A stretch of 64,000 bases of DNA from Tubiluchus corallicola (taxonomy: Eukaryota > Animalia > Priapulida), in NCBI GenBank assembly GCA_030141605.1, contig JAQGDQ010000057.1, positions 496,001 to 560,000 on the forward strand, in the 5' to 3' direction. Within the stretch, counting starts at the first letter, position 1. Each line of letters starts with the position of its first letter. This document shows positions 13,101-28,100 of this stretch, piece by piece. Position numbers and translations under genes: made by a program. Under the pieces are notes generated by a model. It searched no databases, was not told the DNA's origin, and saw only the letters and a program-made list of their open reading frames with translations.

Positions 13101-16100
13101 AGGTAAGACCTGAGCTCCCTATTCAGTAAGATTAATGGATGATAGGCCTATTTGGTTATATTACGTATCTAACATGTATCTTTCTATTAGGTTTTCAAGA
13201 TTTCGTTTCTTCATCAAAGGAATTTGGCAACAAAATAAAGTTCAAGAGGTTTTTTATGTTGATGCCAGAGGACTGTTACTGTCCAAAGAGTCTTGCTGGA
13301 GCCGACAGTCGGATAGAGCATGTGGGTAATCTGGATGATCGTCAGCTGAGTAGAGCAGGCAGTGTGAGCCGAAACTATGGCAAAAATTCAGTTTACAAGC
13401 TCACAAGACAAGGGGTATTAATTTAAACATACATAATGTTGAACTTGGAATTTTCTATTTTCTGTATACCATATAACCCCTCTGCGTGCATATAAAATTT
13501 GCTTTCTTTTTATTGTTCGTTGTACAGGGTAGTACAAGTATAGAGTCCCTCCCTCAGATTACAGAAAATCATGTCTTGAAGGCATACATGTACATTCCAC
13601 AGAGAATCATGAATGTTTCAGCATTGTAAAGAAAACTTCATAGATTTTTTGTTCAGACATTTTCCTTACAGGTGATGCTTTAGTCACCTGCATCAAAAGG
13701 CCACACTCATGGATATCTCGGCTTCAGCGGTCTAATGCATAACAATGTCCTTTACTGAGCCTGTCATTGCAGTAAATTTTTTTCAGCTACCAGTTCCACA
13801 GACTCTGTTTTTTTCTCTTAATCCATTTGTATCGCTTGTGTTAAAATAACTTGTGGATTACAAAATGTCAAAGTGTTGTACATGTTTCCATTTTTATTGT
13901 ACTTATGGCAAGTAAACAAGTTATGACAGAATCTACAAATATCAACGTTAATATAAACTACATTGTTAATCAGAATTAAAAGACTTATAAATATCATTAT
14001 GTGGCGTCAGTAGTTAGTCACTTAATGATTTTTTATACAGTGTATTGCAAAAATACTTAGTTTCAAATGTCCATGTTTCCATTTCATGTCTGTCTGGTAC
14101 AGTAATTCCAGTGCACAGTATGTGTGTTTCACATGATATGTGCTTGAGTTAGTGCTTGCTGTATGCTTGAGTATAAGCTTGTCGTTTTGCACGCTTGTGC
14201 GTTGTGGGTAGTATGGTTATGCAGAGGCTGTGTGTGCAGTGGATTACTGGGATTTGGGGTGTCACTTATTTAAAACAAATGTGTTTGTGTCACAAATATC
14301 ACTTCACTAGATTTAATTACTATAATATTCCATTTTGGAGGATTAATGTTGCCAGAGATTTTGCAGCATTTGCTGCGCCAACTCTGTAGGATAAAATATA
14401 TATTACAACATGTCAAACATATAGGTTTCAAGGCTGTTTGACATCTCTTCTATTAAAATGTTACTTATGCATTTTTTGGTTCGATTGTGAACTGCAATAG
14501 TTACAGTACATCCTGCAACAGGTTGCCACTCCACTCATATTTTTACGTCACATGTCACTGCTGAAAACTACTTTCTATTTTGCTTGAACTTTGTTCTATT
14601 ATTCTATCTTTGTTTTTCTCTATTTTTTATTATAAATTCTTTCTCTTGATAGTTTCTTAGCCTTTCCACTTTTCATAGTGGTTTTTAAGCTCTGCCGTTT
14701 AACCACTGTGCAGCATAAATTTCTGGTTGATAAGAGTAGTTTAATCAACAATAGGTTGATTTCTGGTTGATCAAGAACCGTTTCATTACATATGGTTTAT
14801 TTAATTAACAAATATAAATTTAGACTCATTTTAATTTATTTTGTTCATGTGTCTTGTAACAGTGTAATAGTGTTGTCGCTGTATATTCTATGCGTATTCT
14901 TTTGAAAAAAATTATATTTTGTAATTTTATGCTGTGCGTTCTGTAACTCAACCTTTTAGTTGTAGTGATAAATAAACTTACATATTTACCAGATAAGTTA
15001 TTATGTACTTTAGTGACTGTATTATTGCAGTTCTGTTACAATTATTGTATTTTTTTCTAATGTAGCACATAATAGTTCTGCAACAATAACAGTAATTGTA
15101 ATGTAAAATTATGTAATGCTGAATTACCGTATATACTTATGTACAAGTCGATGTGCATTTTAAGACCAAAAATTGCATTATTTTATATATTACCTGTGTA
15201 CAAGTCGACTTTAAAATATTAAGATCTTCCAGAGTAAATGATGTCAACAATGGCCGAGTAATAAATCAATAGCCTACTGTGTTAGTGTGCAAGATACATT
15301 CAAGTGCCTGGGCCGAGTATATTATACCTACCTGATGTATATATTCATGTTGAGGGCATTACTAAAATAAATTACAGTAATATTTGTTAATTTGGTGAAG
15401 TATTGTCAAGATGCGAACATTCTCTGATATGAGGTATCACAGTATGAGTGTTTGTTCAGTCCAGCATATAATGAAGGATTATTTCTTTGCATATTCGTAT
15501 TATAGACGACTCTTTAGCGACATCTCTCAAAAACATATCTTAAATATAAGTTGACCCCAAAAATTTCACCTTAAAATCGCCTCCCAAAAATTCGACTTGT
15601 ACATAAGTATGTACGCTAAATTAAGAAATAACCACACAAGAGAGTCATCCAGCATTGGCAACAGGTTTTCGAGTTGTTTTGCTGCTGTTTTGCACTTGAT
15701 TATTTGAAGTACGTGTATGTCTAAGACCCGTGTCACACAGAGAAAGCCATAATCCGTAAGCCATAAGGCGCATGTTGTAATCCGAATGTCCAAAATGTCA
15801 AAAACTGGATGCAGTTGCATTATGGTTTATAATACAGCATGTTAAAAAACAAAAGCACAAACGGACAAAACTAACTACGTAGGTTAGACCCATTTATAGC
15901 AACAGGCAAAGTGAAGAAGAATTTGCGACATTATTTCAAACAAACAAGTCACAACGAAAAAATTTTAACTACGTTAGAATATCTGTCATATCATGTTATT
16001 GGATTAACAGACTGTCAGTTGCATACACTGTATAATATGATTGACTGGTATCCTGCCTCCTGCACGTAGTGTACATTTCTTATGTGCGCTGTAGAATACG

Positions 16101-19100
16101 ACAGTCATAAATAAGTATTATGGGTTGAAAATGCTTTTTAATGTTTATAGTACATCAGCGTTATAAATTCGTAATTTTGTAAAAGAATTATACACCATAG
16201 GAACCACAAATATGCAAATTATCCCGTTAACGAAGGCGAAAAGGCCAAATTCATTTCGCAATAAGGCGCATTATGAAAAGCTCAAAATTCCTTATAAGAA
16301 ATGTACTGCAGATTATGGTTGACAGCTTACAGTAGGCAAACCACGTTTGGCGTAAGACGGCAAATGGATTATCTGTGTGACAGGGACCATCTGTTAGCAT
16401 GTATTCACTTTTCATGAGGAGTCTTTTTCTCCTTACGGATTATGTCCAGCTCTGTGTGACATAGGCCTAATGTTGTTCTTGATGCTATCATTTACAAAAG
16501 CAATTACAATAATTACAAAAAGGCACGAAATAAATTTAATAGCTACAACAGGAAACTCAAAAATAAATATTATATTAATAAATGCAATGATGCAACTACA
16601 CCTAAGCAAAAATGGCGTTTAATTAATGACGTACTTAACAGATACAGAAACGATCAATTACAAATAAATAGTTTACGAGAAAATGACAGTATAATATCTG
16701 ATCCAGTTGACATTGCTAACAAATTAAATTCCACATTTATCAATCTCGGAAAATTTGACAACTTGCCACACCAACATAATGCAAATATACACAATATATA
16801 CAAAAACCAATCAGTAATACAATCCACTTTCTCATTTACTAACGTCACAGAATACGACATCTTTAGAATATTAAACAGTTTAAATATAAATAAAGGAAGT
16901 GGACCCTCAGACATGCCAATAAAGATCTTAAAAGACTGTGCCAGCATCATTACTCCTCATCTAACATATATCACAAACCAAGTCTTAATGCGCTCAGAAT
17001 TTCCAGCAGTGTGTAAACAAGCAAACATAACTCCAATACACAAGAAAGATGCTAAAGATGATGCTAAAAACTACAGACCAATCTCAGTAGTGCACGTACT
17101 AGCCAAAGTATTTGAAAGAGTTATCTACAACCAAATAAACCATTACATTGAAAATAATAAGTTACTGTCAAATCATCAATTTGGTTTTAGAAAACTACAT
17201 TCTACAATAGAGGCGATAATTGATGCCACTGAAAAGTGGCGTTACAACTTAAATAAAAATAAATATATAACAGCAGCATTTTTAGATCTAAGTAAAGCTT
17301 TTGACAGCCTCGATCACAATTTACTACTAGACAACTTACGCCAACTAGGATTCGATTATACTTCTCTCAAACTAATTAATAATTACCTACACAATAGAAA
17401 ACAAAGAGTCAAACTGAACAAACACACTTTTTCAACATGGGACACACCACAGAGAGGCATCCCACAAGGTACGATATTAGGTCCATTACTCTTTTGTTTA
17501 TACGTTAATAAAATTCATTTAGTTTTACATAATTCAGACTTAACACAATATGCCGATGATACAACACTCTATACAGCACACTCAGACTTTCTAACATCAA
17601 AAAATAATCTAGAAAAAGACATAACAAATATAAATGCAGCATTTAACTATTTTGGTTTAAAAATGAATGATGATAAGACAGAATTTATGGTAATATCACC
17701 CAAATCTAATGACATTACTTCTAATGCAACACTAAAAGTAGGTGACTGTTCCATAGAACAAGCAAAAACTGTAAAATTTTTAGGCATTACTGTCGACAAT
17801 AAACTCACTTGGGATGAACAGTTTCATCAAATACACAACAAGATGGCATTAAGCACGACATTCTTACGCCAAACCAGAGGCCATCTAACCAAGAAAACAA
17901 AAATTCTCATCTACAAAAGTCTAATATTACCACATTATCTATATGGTTGCACTTTACTTCAAAACGTCAAACATGAAAACTTTAGAAAACTAAATACAAT
18001 GCAAAACTACGCACTTAGATTAATTCATGGCTACTCTAACAAAACTGCTAAACAACATGCTGCTTCTGCAACAAGCTTAAGAACGTCCACAAAAATACCA
18101 ATATTAGAAGCCTATCGAGATTACAAAACACTGATATTTCTTTATAAATATATAAATAAACTGAGCATTCCATTTATAAACAATCCCTTAGCATTTATTC
18201 CTGATACCACATTGAACACTAGAACATACAATTTAAAGCAAATTACAGTAAACAATAAATTTGGAAATAACTCTATATCAAAACAGGCCATACATTTATG
18301 GAACTTACTACCCAGTGAAATAAAACAAATAGAATCTCTCCACCACTTTAAAAAGAAATTAAAAGAATATCAATATAACAGGTTTCAACTTCCACCTTGT
18401 GCATCTGATACTAATTACACAGACTCCACTTTCATATACCCCCGCCCCTGACTCCATATAATGATTAAAAATGAAATTTTTTAAAAAAATTATGTAATGT
18501 AATACGTGTTATGTTAGTTTCGTGTTTCGTAATGTTAAATGTATAAATAGTGTGCACTATGTAATGTAAAATTTAATGTACTTTCCTGTAATTGTTTGTA
18601 AAAATATTTTAATATGGTATTTATAAATATGTTCATTATATTGTATATAGTTTGCACTTTAGTTTTTTTTAGTATGCACTGGACGCATTTGTCTTGAACA
18701 GTGTTGTTATTTTAACATTACGCTGAGGCTAACTCAATTTTATTATAATGAGGGAACCGTTTTTATGACAAATAAAGAATTAATATATAATATATATATA
18801 TATAGGTTGATACTTACTTTGTGGCAGAATTCTCCACCCCTTTATTGACCATGTACGAAATGTCACAAAGTGATGACATCACCATCTCAAAAGAGGACCT
18901 TCACAAGCAGATGGTGGAGTTTGTCAGGACAGTACGCTATCTTCTCTCTTCCAACACTGCGTTTGCCCATCAGTATGAAATAGTCACTGTGAAGGATTTG
19001 AGCAGTGTGTCTGATTTGGTTGCTGAACGTATCGCTTCAGGTGGAGAGGAACCAACAGTGCCGGATCCTCAAGCTGTCCCTATTCATGTTGGTGCTGGTT

Positions 19101-22100
19101 TGGCATGGTCTTACTATCTTGGATTCTTAAAAATCATATTACCAGGTGAGTTTAATAGAATTAAATTATAACAAAAAAGAATATAGTTTATTAAATTTGG
19201 CACTATTAACTTGTATTCATTTTTGTTTGAAAACTTTCAGGATTAACAATACTTGAACCTCTTTTCTAGTTATTATTTATTAGCCAAGTTAATGTCATTT
19301 TCAGATTTTGATAAGTTTGTGTCATCATCCCCAGACTTTGGTACAAAAATCCACATCAAGCGATTGATTATATTACTGCCAGAGGATTGTAACTGTCCCG
19401 GGAATTTGACAGAGGCTGATCCCAATGTACAACATGCCGGCTTTTTGGGAGACAGAAAGATTGATAGATCGGGAAATATTAACCGAAACTATGGAAGGAA
19501 TTCCGTTTACAAAATAACGGATCAGGGTGAGGTAAGTGGGTTAACCAACAATAACAAAACATGAATGAAAAATGGTCACATAATTATAACAACATTGCAA
19601 CCACTAATAACAATGTTTATCATCAACTAAAACAAACCATATCAAAAACATCAATATCAACAATATTTGTTAAAGTAATAAAACTAACATCTGCAATGTT
19701 AGTATTATAGGACTACAGGGTAGATCTAGAACTTTAAGCTCTAAGAAATGTCTCTAAAGAATATTAAAGAATCCCTTTAAAAATCAGGCCTGTGGTAAAC
19801 AGTGATTGACATCCTGTGTATGTATATCTTTACCCAAGATCACTTGTAAGTTGTACGGCAGATACGATGGCAACACAGTCTATTGGACAACTTTTGCACC
19901 TGGTGGCTCAAACTTGATTATAAGTTTTCGTTAGAATTGCCATGATATAGTATATAGTTTTTGCTCTATTGTTTTATTTCAAGTTTAAAATTCAAATTGT
20001 GAGTTAGATATTTTAAACATAATTATTTAAGCAATATTATTCTGTAGTCTTCTGACCATATAATGTTTCAGTAATCATAACTGTCTAGTCACTGTCATAT
20101 AAACATAAAAAGAAATCTCATTCATAAAGAGCAAACAAACAAGTGACATACATATGCATGAAGATATGGCATTGACTGCAATGCTGTGATTTTCTTAAGA
20201 AAACATAGCTGTCTTTCTGACAGTAAGAAGTCTTCATTAAAAATATTGAAACTGATATTTTGGACTTGATTTTCGATTTCGTTAAAAATTTTCAAAATAA
20301 CAGTGTACTATATACATCCACCAAAAAATTTAAAAATTCAATTATAAGATTCTGAATTTACTTTTGGTATTACTGTATACTGCCTGTAATGTGTATAGCA
20401 CATGTACACTGTAATTAATTTTGTAGAACATATACATTTTTTTGCAAAAATTTTAATTGTACCTTTTGGTTTCCATTTATGTATTCTTTGAAAATTTTCT
20501 TTATTTGTTGTAAAAATTAAATGATAGCATTGTAGTTGTGGTGGACACGCTTTGTCTCATGGCAACCAATATTGCTAAGCTAAACCCCAGTCCGCCACTG
20601 TTTTAGACAACGTGATTGATAATATCAAAATGCAGAAAGCCTCAAAATTTATAAGCAAAATTATAATAACAGCTTTTCAAAGCAATGTTTCTATCTCTGT
20701 AATGGAAGCATTGTGTAAAATATACATGTGCATCATTCATGCTTAGGAGTAATGCAGTCTAAGTGTTTAAAGTGCATCAATGCGTATGTCATTCGGTTTG
20801 TCTTCAATCTACCTTTGCAGACATTGTATGCAGAATGTCAAAATAAAATAAAAGGGTGCCGTCTGGAACAGGATAGATTTTAAAAAGTGCTGATAAGTTA
20901 CAACTGTCGCTGTGTGTATGGGCCAGTCTCATGAAATTTGACAAAACAAATGTGCAAAAACTTGAAAATTCACACTTTGCAAACCTATCTTCAACCTTTA
21001 TGATATTGCATTTTGATTGTCTGGGTGCCTGTTCACCAAATACAGCATAGACTGCATTATAGCGGAGATATAGGTTAGTTAATTTTTAATCAGTCCTCAT
21101 GATGTCTACACGGGGCGCATGTACAACCATTTGTTGGACATACGGTTTTGGTATGTGGACGTAAGTCCGTGCTGGTGGACATTATAAATGGGCAATTCCA
21201 TGAGTGTCATGGAGTGACATTTGATTTGAAATTAATTTAATATTGTCTGTAACGTTTGTTGTACAACATTGTGCAACAGTACCAGATAGCCTGACTAAAT
21301 CAAAAACGACAATAAGTAGAACAATTCCTTGTGTTTTGCATTTTTATGCAAGACTATTATCTAATATAGGTAAAATGCTATTGTCTTACACTAATTTGTT
21401 AAAACTGGTGTGATAAAACTGAGACGCAATCAACGGTGATGAAACATTTGTCATGAAATGATACATTTAGTTTATAAATGAAGTCACTAATTAATACTGT
21501 AAGTGGAAACCCTCGTTGGGAGCTTGTTTAATTTGGGCTATTTAAAACATTTATATATTTCTAGCTAGACTGAAAACTTTATTAGACAGTTATTTAATTA
21601 ATAAGCAACTTCTAATCTGCTTAACTAGTATGCTCATACTACAGAGGTTTCGGCCTGAGTATTAATAGGTGCCATTTTGTTTATTTTAAACTAGAAACAT
21701 GCACACTATTATTATAAACTTTTTTGAAAACAATGTTATTAGTGCATAAGTTTCTTAGTATTTATTCATGTCTGCGGTTAGTGTTTACATGTATATTTTT
21801 ACAACCAATGTTTCTCCTTAACAGGGACAGATGTCCATGAACCAGGACAACTTTTGTGTGTTCCGGTCCTGGACGTCCTGGTTATGGACATTTTTAGATA
21901 AATACTTAATTTGCTACAGTACCTTTAAAACAAGCAATTCCTATTAATTACTAAATTAGCTAGTCTTAACTACTTGTAAACATCACGTAAACTATGATGC
22001 TAATGGTACTGTTTTCTAATTATGCATGTCTCGGTAATAGACACCTAATAGATGTACTCAAAAAAATATGCTAAATGTCCTATTGCCCCGCAAAAAGAAA

Positions 22101-25100
22101 TAACTAAAGGCGGTTGCCAAAGTTCTGTCACAAAATTAGATGTGACCATGGATATTCTTATTACTACACAATCCCTAGATAGACTACGCCTATTTAAACA
22201 ACTAATAGTGGATGTGCGCAACACTCCGCCATTTTACAGTGGTATAACTCGTGCTTTATTCCTATACTGTAATAGATTATGTGCATTAGTGTACTTCAGG
22301 AATCTGAGAAATTTCATTTCTGAGAAAGGAGGAGATAGCATAAAAAATTTGGAAGCACCTGAAAATTTTGGGAGGTTTTTACTGGTAGGGGTGAACATTT
22401 TGTACCAGAAAACGAATTCGAATCGAATCAAATTTGTGACTTTCGAATTCGAATCAAACCGGATTTCGAATTCGAGTCAAATTTGAAGTTACTTTGAAAG
22501 ATTTTCGAACCTTCAGTAAAAAGCGGTGTTACAAAGATCATGCATTAGGTCCTATTACTCGATTTTGTTCTGCAATAAAACCACTAATAATGAGTGTAAA
22601 AAATGCACACAGAAAACTCTACTAAATTGTGCTAATTGCGTGATGTTAAAAACATTTTAATAACAAAAGAACCTATCTGGTTGAAGTGCTGAATTATCTG
22701 AATCTATAGTTTTAGGTTCGAATCAAATTTGCATTAAAAAACACATTCGAGTCGAATTCGAACGTTCGATCCTCATCCCTATTTACTGGTTATTGACAGT
22801 GGTAGGTATTAACCTACATAATAATACCATGTAAAATGCTCACATACTAGACTTTCACTCTTAAACTAAATTCTGTAGTAAAAAATGAACAAACTGCATA
22901 GATCTGTCAAACGTGGACGTGTAACCAAGTAAAATAATACAGACACTTTCACATAATCCTCATACCAGGAAACAAAGTTATGGCTATAATTTATTGCACT
23001 TTACTGATGAAAGGTATTGTCAGAGTCCTTAGATGAAGCACAATTTTATTTGTACACTTGACAGTACAACAGTATATGACCATTTTGCAAAATAATACCA
23101 AATACTAAATGAAAGAAGCAAGAAGAATGCATATAGTCACGTTGTAATCATGGTGAGGTAATCCCACTGTAACATGGCAGCACAAGTTTTTGTCAGCAGT
23201 AGTGCAACAGCTCATCTAGAGATTATGTAGTGATATTATTATCTATGAGTGTGACTGTCAGCACAGATTTAGATGTGATCTCAGAGAGAGACTGCTAGTC
23301 GTGTGCAAAAAAGTAACAAAACAATGGGCACCATGTTGCTGAGTAAGCTGCTACTTTCTGCTACTTCTTTATTATACATGCATGCGAAGTTTTTGCAATT
23401 GTATTTTCATTACGTATGTAGTGAATTTGCATGCAAATAGTAAAATAGTTAAAAGTGCCAGCCTCCAGTGTTATCTATAAATGTTCAAATTGGGCAAAAA
23501 AAGCATCAGCAAGGTCGTTTTGCATTTAACAGCATCCTACATTTTCATTTAAGTAAAACAATATTATAGTATTTTTGTCGATGGTCTTTTATTTGTAAAA
23601 TGCTTTCAAAATATTCAAGAAACTGCAGGGCCGGCTCTACCACTAGACAAACTAGGCAGTTGCTTAGGGTGCCAAATTTTGGGGGAGTGCCAAATTCTAG
23701 AAAAAATTAAGCTTCCATAAATAATGATGTAGAAGAAATGCATAAGTATTTAGGTGTACAACACTAATTAAATGAAACGAATTGTATTATTTTCATGCCT
23801 GCATGATTCATCCACGATAATATGGAACGGTCTACCTGCAACAAACACTTTCTACTTTCGCTTTACTAGGTTTATATAGATTTACACCAATAATACTACT
23901 GACTACATTGCACTACTTTTGCTCATACTTTCTACTGTGTGCAACTATGCTTTGAGTAGCTGAGCAGTTTCTTGCAATAACATTTATCTAAACTTATAAG
24001 GAATTGAAGCCTTCAGCCTTCAAGGATTAATGCAGTAAACTAAAGGAAAAGGCTGGTGGACATTCAAGTAGTTGAACAGTAAAAAGATCCGCTGATGAAG
24101 TGTTTGCAACCAGACCAGAATTATGGTTGTGAAGATTATAAAAATAACGAAATGAAAATGCGAGAAAAAGAGGAATTATGGATTCAGAAGCTGTAGCCTC
24201 GAATCTTATGTATAACATACCATCGAAATTAATATATAGACTAGCAAAGGCCCTGCAAAAAAATTTGCGTATAAATTCACTTATAATCAATAATATGCAA
24301 ACATCCTACATAATCCTCATTTATAACGCAAAGGCAGTAGCAGCTTTTGCTGAATTAAAGTTATAAGCAGAGTATAATGGATGACATCAGAACAATGGCT
24401 TTGCGTCAGCAGTTTTCCAAGCGAAGATCGCCCGAAATGGAACCTCCAATCAAATCGTCACAGCTCCTCGGTGTGGAGACGTCCTGAAATATAGCCCACA
24501 CCATCGTGTAGCCCTGTTCCTCCTCTTTCTAAAGAGCTATGTATCTCCATTCGAGAGTCCCACCAGGCATCACTAGAACGTTAGTCCTGCAGGCTGTTTG
24601 GTCAAACTTTCGGAAAAAAATCGGAAGTTGGGTCCGGGAAAACGTCCGTTAAGGGACGCCGTGGCCCTCTCGCGACTTCTAAGTACGCCTACTACACCCA
24701 CCGTTCAACGAGCTATCTATCCATGGCATGCACCGCTCCCTGCCCATATCCTTTCTCCAGAAATAAGAGGTATACGTTTTGCAAAAAACGGCCGAAAATG
24801 GCCATTTTGGAGGTTTTTTGCCCCCGTTCCTCCCGTTGGGCCCGATTCGAAAATAAACCATCAATGGCACGACACTAGATCGAGACCTTTTGTTTGATAT
24901 ATAGATCGTCGCAAATGGTGCCGCCGTTGGAGCTGTAGCCTCCAATCTTATATATATATAATATTTGTATTAATATATATATATATATATATATATATTA
25001 AGCCCATGCCAGCAAAATTAATATGTGCGATATATACAACAAAAATTCAATTTTAAGGATGGGGGCAGTAGAGAAGCCAGATTTACCAATAGGCTGACTA

Positions 25101-28100
25101 GGCTGCAGTTTAGAGAGCTGTGGCAGCTCGTAGCTAAAATTAGTGGGGGGTGCTGCAAAATTAAATATTTTTAGCTATTGTTTTGATACTGAGTAAAACG
25201 AAACAAACATATGTAATTTCAATGTTGTAATCGTAATTTTAAACAAACAAATTTATATATATACAAACTTGATAAACTCCTAAACAAAAAACATTGTTAC
25301 CTTACGATTAGCCTAAATTGTCGCTGTTCAAGAATATGCCGATAAATGGCTTTTAAACACGTGGCAACTGACAACGCATGCTGTGTGAGCGACATACTCT
25401 TCCTACCTAAAGTGCACTGTCTTATCTCAGACATGTGTGCATGGCCGCCAAACACCGCATTGCACTTTGCTGTGAAGGAAATTGTACTTCCCTCACGTGC
25501 TCCAGTTCCGCACAAGTATAAAGAAAGAACTAAAGAAAAAAGACATAATAGTGAATATTATCGTCAATAATGAGTGAAAACAGAGGGTGCCACGGTACCT
25601 ATACACGAGCCGCCACTGTTAGAGAGGCAAATTTTGAGGGAAGCTAGAATTGAGGGGCTCAGTATTACAAATTCTTATTCTCCTTGGGAAATGCTTATGC
25701 TTTCATATTCTTATGAAGCACATATTTTATAACACACCTCAAGGAGTTGTTAAACCACATTTCATATAAGAGCCCATATAACAATATATGTTGTAATTTA
25801 TTGGCCAACAGTAATATGAAAACACTACAAATTGCAGCATAAATATAACATTTTTTAATATAATATAATATAACAGTGAAACGCCATTGAAAATACATGT
25901 TGACAAGTTCCTAACAGCTGCTGTTGCCCAACAACATGGCACCTTTAAGCGTGACTCTTTCGAACAAGTTTTCGAACCTTCAGTAAAAAGCAGTGTTACA
26001 AAGATCATGCATTAGGTCCTATTACTCGATTTTGTTCTGCAATAAAACCACTAATAATTAGTTTAAAAAATGCACACAGAAAACTAAATTGCTAAATTGT
26101 GCTAATTGCGTGATGTTTAAAACATTTTAATGACAAAAGAACCTATCTGGTTGAAGTGCTGAATTATCTGAATCTATAGTTTTAGGTTCGAATCAAATTT
26201 GCATTAAAAAAACTCATCCAAGTCGAATTCGAACGTTCGATCCTCATCCCTATTTACTGGTTATTGACAGTGGCAGGTATTAACCTACATAATAATATCA
26301 TGTAAAATGCTCACATACTAGACTTTCACTCTTAAACTAAATTCTGTAGTAAAAAATGAACAAACTGCATAGATCTGTCAAACGTGGACGCGTAACCAAG
26401 TAAAATAATCCAGACACTTTCACATAATACTCATACCAGGAAACAAAGTTATGGCTATAATTTATTGCACTTTACTGATGAAAGGTATTGTCAGAGTCCT
26501 TAGATGAAGCACAATTTTATTTGTACACTTGACAGTACAACAGTATATGACCATTTTGCAAAATACTACCAAATACTAAATGAAAGAAGCAAGAAGAATG
26601 CATATAGTCACGTTGTAATCATGGTGAGGTAATCCCACTGTAACATGGCAGCACAAGTTTTTGTCAGCAGTAGCGCAACAGCTCATCTAGAGATTATGTA
26701 GTGATATTATTATCTATGAGTGTGACTGTCAGCACAGATTTAGATGTGATCTCAGAGAGAGTGTGCAAAAAAGTAACAAAACAATGGTGGGCACCATGTT
26801 GCTGAGCAAGCTGCTACTTTTGAATAGTGAATTTGCATGCAAATAGTAAAATACCGTATATACTCGCATATAAGCCGAATTTAGAACTATAAAATACAAT
26901 ACTGAAATCAGGGGGTCGGCTTATATGCGCATGAAACAAAATGAACACAAGGACAGACACTAATGCCAATTTTCCAGCCACACATTTTCATCGCTATCTG
27001 ACTCTTTATTTGGTTGTGTGTCACCAGTGGTGTATTGGAGGGGGATCGTGGGGAATCGCCGTCCACCCACTTTTTTTTAAGAAAAAATTCACATTTCAAT
27101 AAATGTCTGCTTTTTGTATTCATTAGATAAAAAATATTAAAAATGTATACGGGTTTGTAATGTAAAGTCAGACGATGAGGGTGGTAGTTGATGGTCGGCT
27201 TATATACGGGTTTTTGCAAAAACTGGCCATTTTAAAGCAGTTTTAGGGGGTCGGCTTATATGCGATGTAGGCTTATATGCGAGTATATACGGTAGTTAAA
27301 AGTGCCAGCCTCCAGTGTTATCCAGGTAATATTATAGCACTAGCCAACCCCATAAAAAAGTTTGTGCATAAACTCACAACAACACAACCACCACCACCCC
27401 ACTCACAACACACGACCCGCACCACACCACAACACCACACTGTAGCACACCACCTACACCACACCACACCACCACATTATCCACACCACATCACCCGCAA
27501 CACACCATTAATACCATACCACATCACCCAGATCAAACGTCACCACACCACTCCAACACCACACCCACACAACCTCCCCGCCATCCCCTACCACACCATC
27601 CACAGCACACTCACCACACCCACCACATCACATGGTGATGATGATGTTGATGACTATGATGCTGATGATAACAACAGTGATGACACCTACAACACCATCA
27701 CCAGTAGCACAAGATAACAACAAAACCATTCAAAACATTTTGCACAAAGTCAAACTGTGTGCTATAATAAATGCTATTAGTCTGTCTACCAATGATCAAC
27801 AATGCACAGACATTCTACATAGTTTTTTATTGTTCCTCAGATGATGATGGGCTAACAGAACTTAATTACATGTAAAATCCATAACACGGTCAAACGGCGG
27901 GTGAGAACAATGCCTGGAACAGCTGCAAAATTGATCAAACTTAAAGACAATGGATTTTCCAAATATCATGCAGCACAGGAGGGTTGTAAAAGAACTTTGA
28001 AACACACGTTTCCCGTTTCGTCTAGTTGACATCTCTCCTAGTAAAAACCTTCAGCATTTTGTAGACCATTCCGTCTTCTTTCTGCGGGTGCACTGATTTT

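Noticed and set aside
16763-18451. RT ORF as a functional partner of STING (retron/CBASS-like defence module)
   Set aside because: It is an ordinary 5'-truncated LINE ORF2 with a 3' UTR and tail, no genuine start codon, inserted in an intron.
22052-22486. 144-aa ORF in STING intron 4 as a further exon or gene
   Set aside because: No recognisable motif; it runs into a hAT MITE and is not needed for the STING reading frame.
27277-27717. 146-aa His/Thr/Pro-rich ORF
   Set aside because: It starts inside a MITE TIR and runs through low-complexity CAC repeats.
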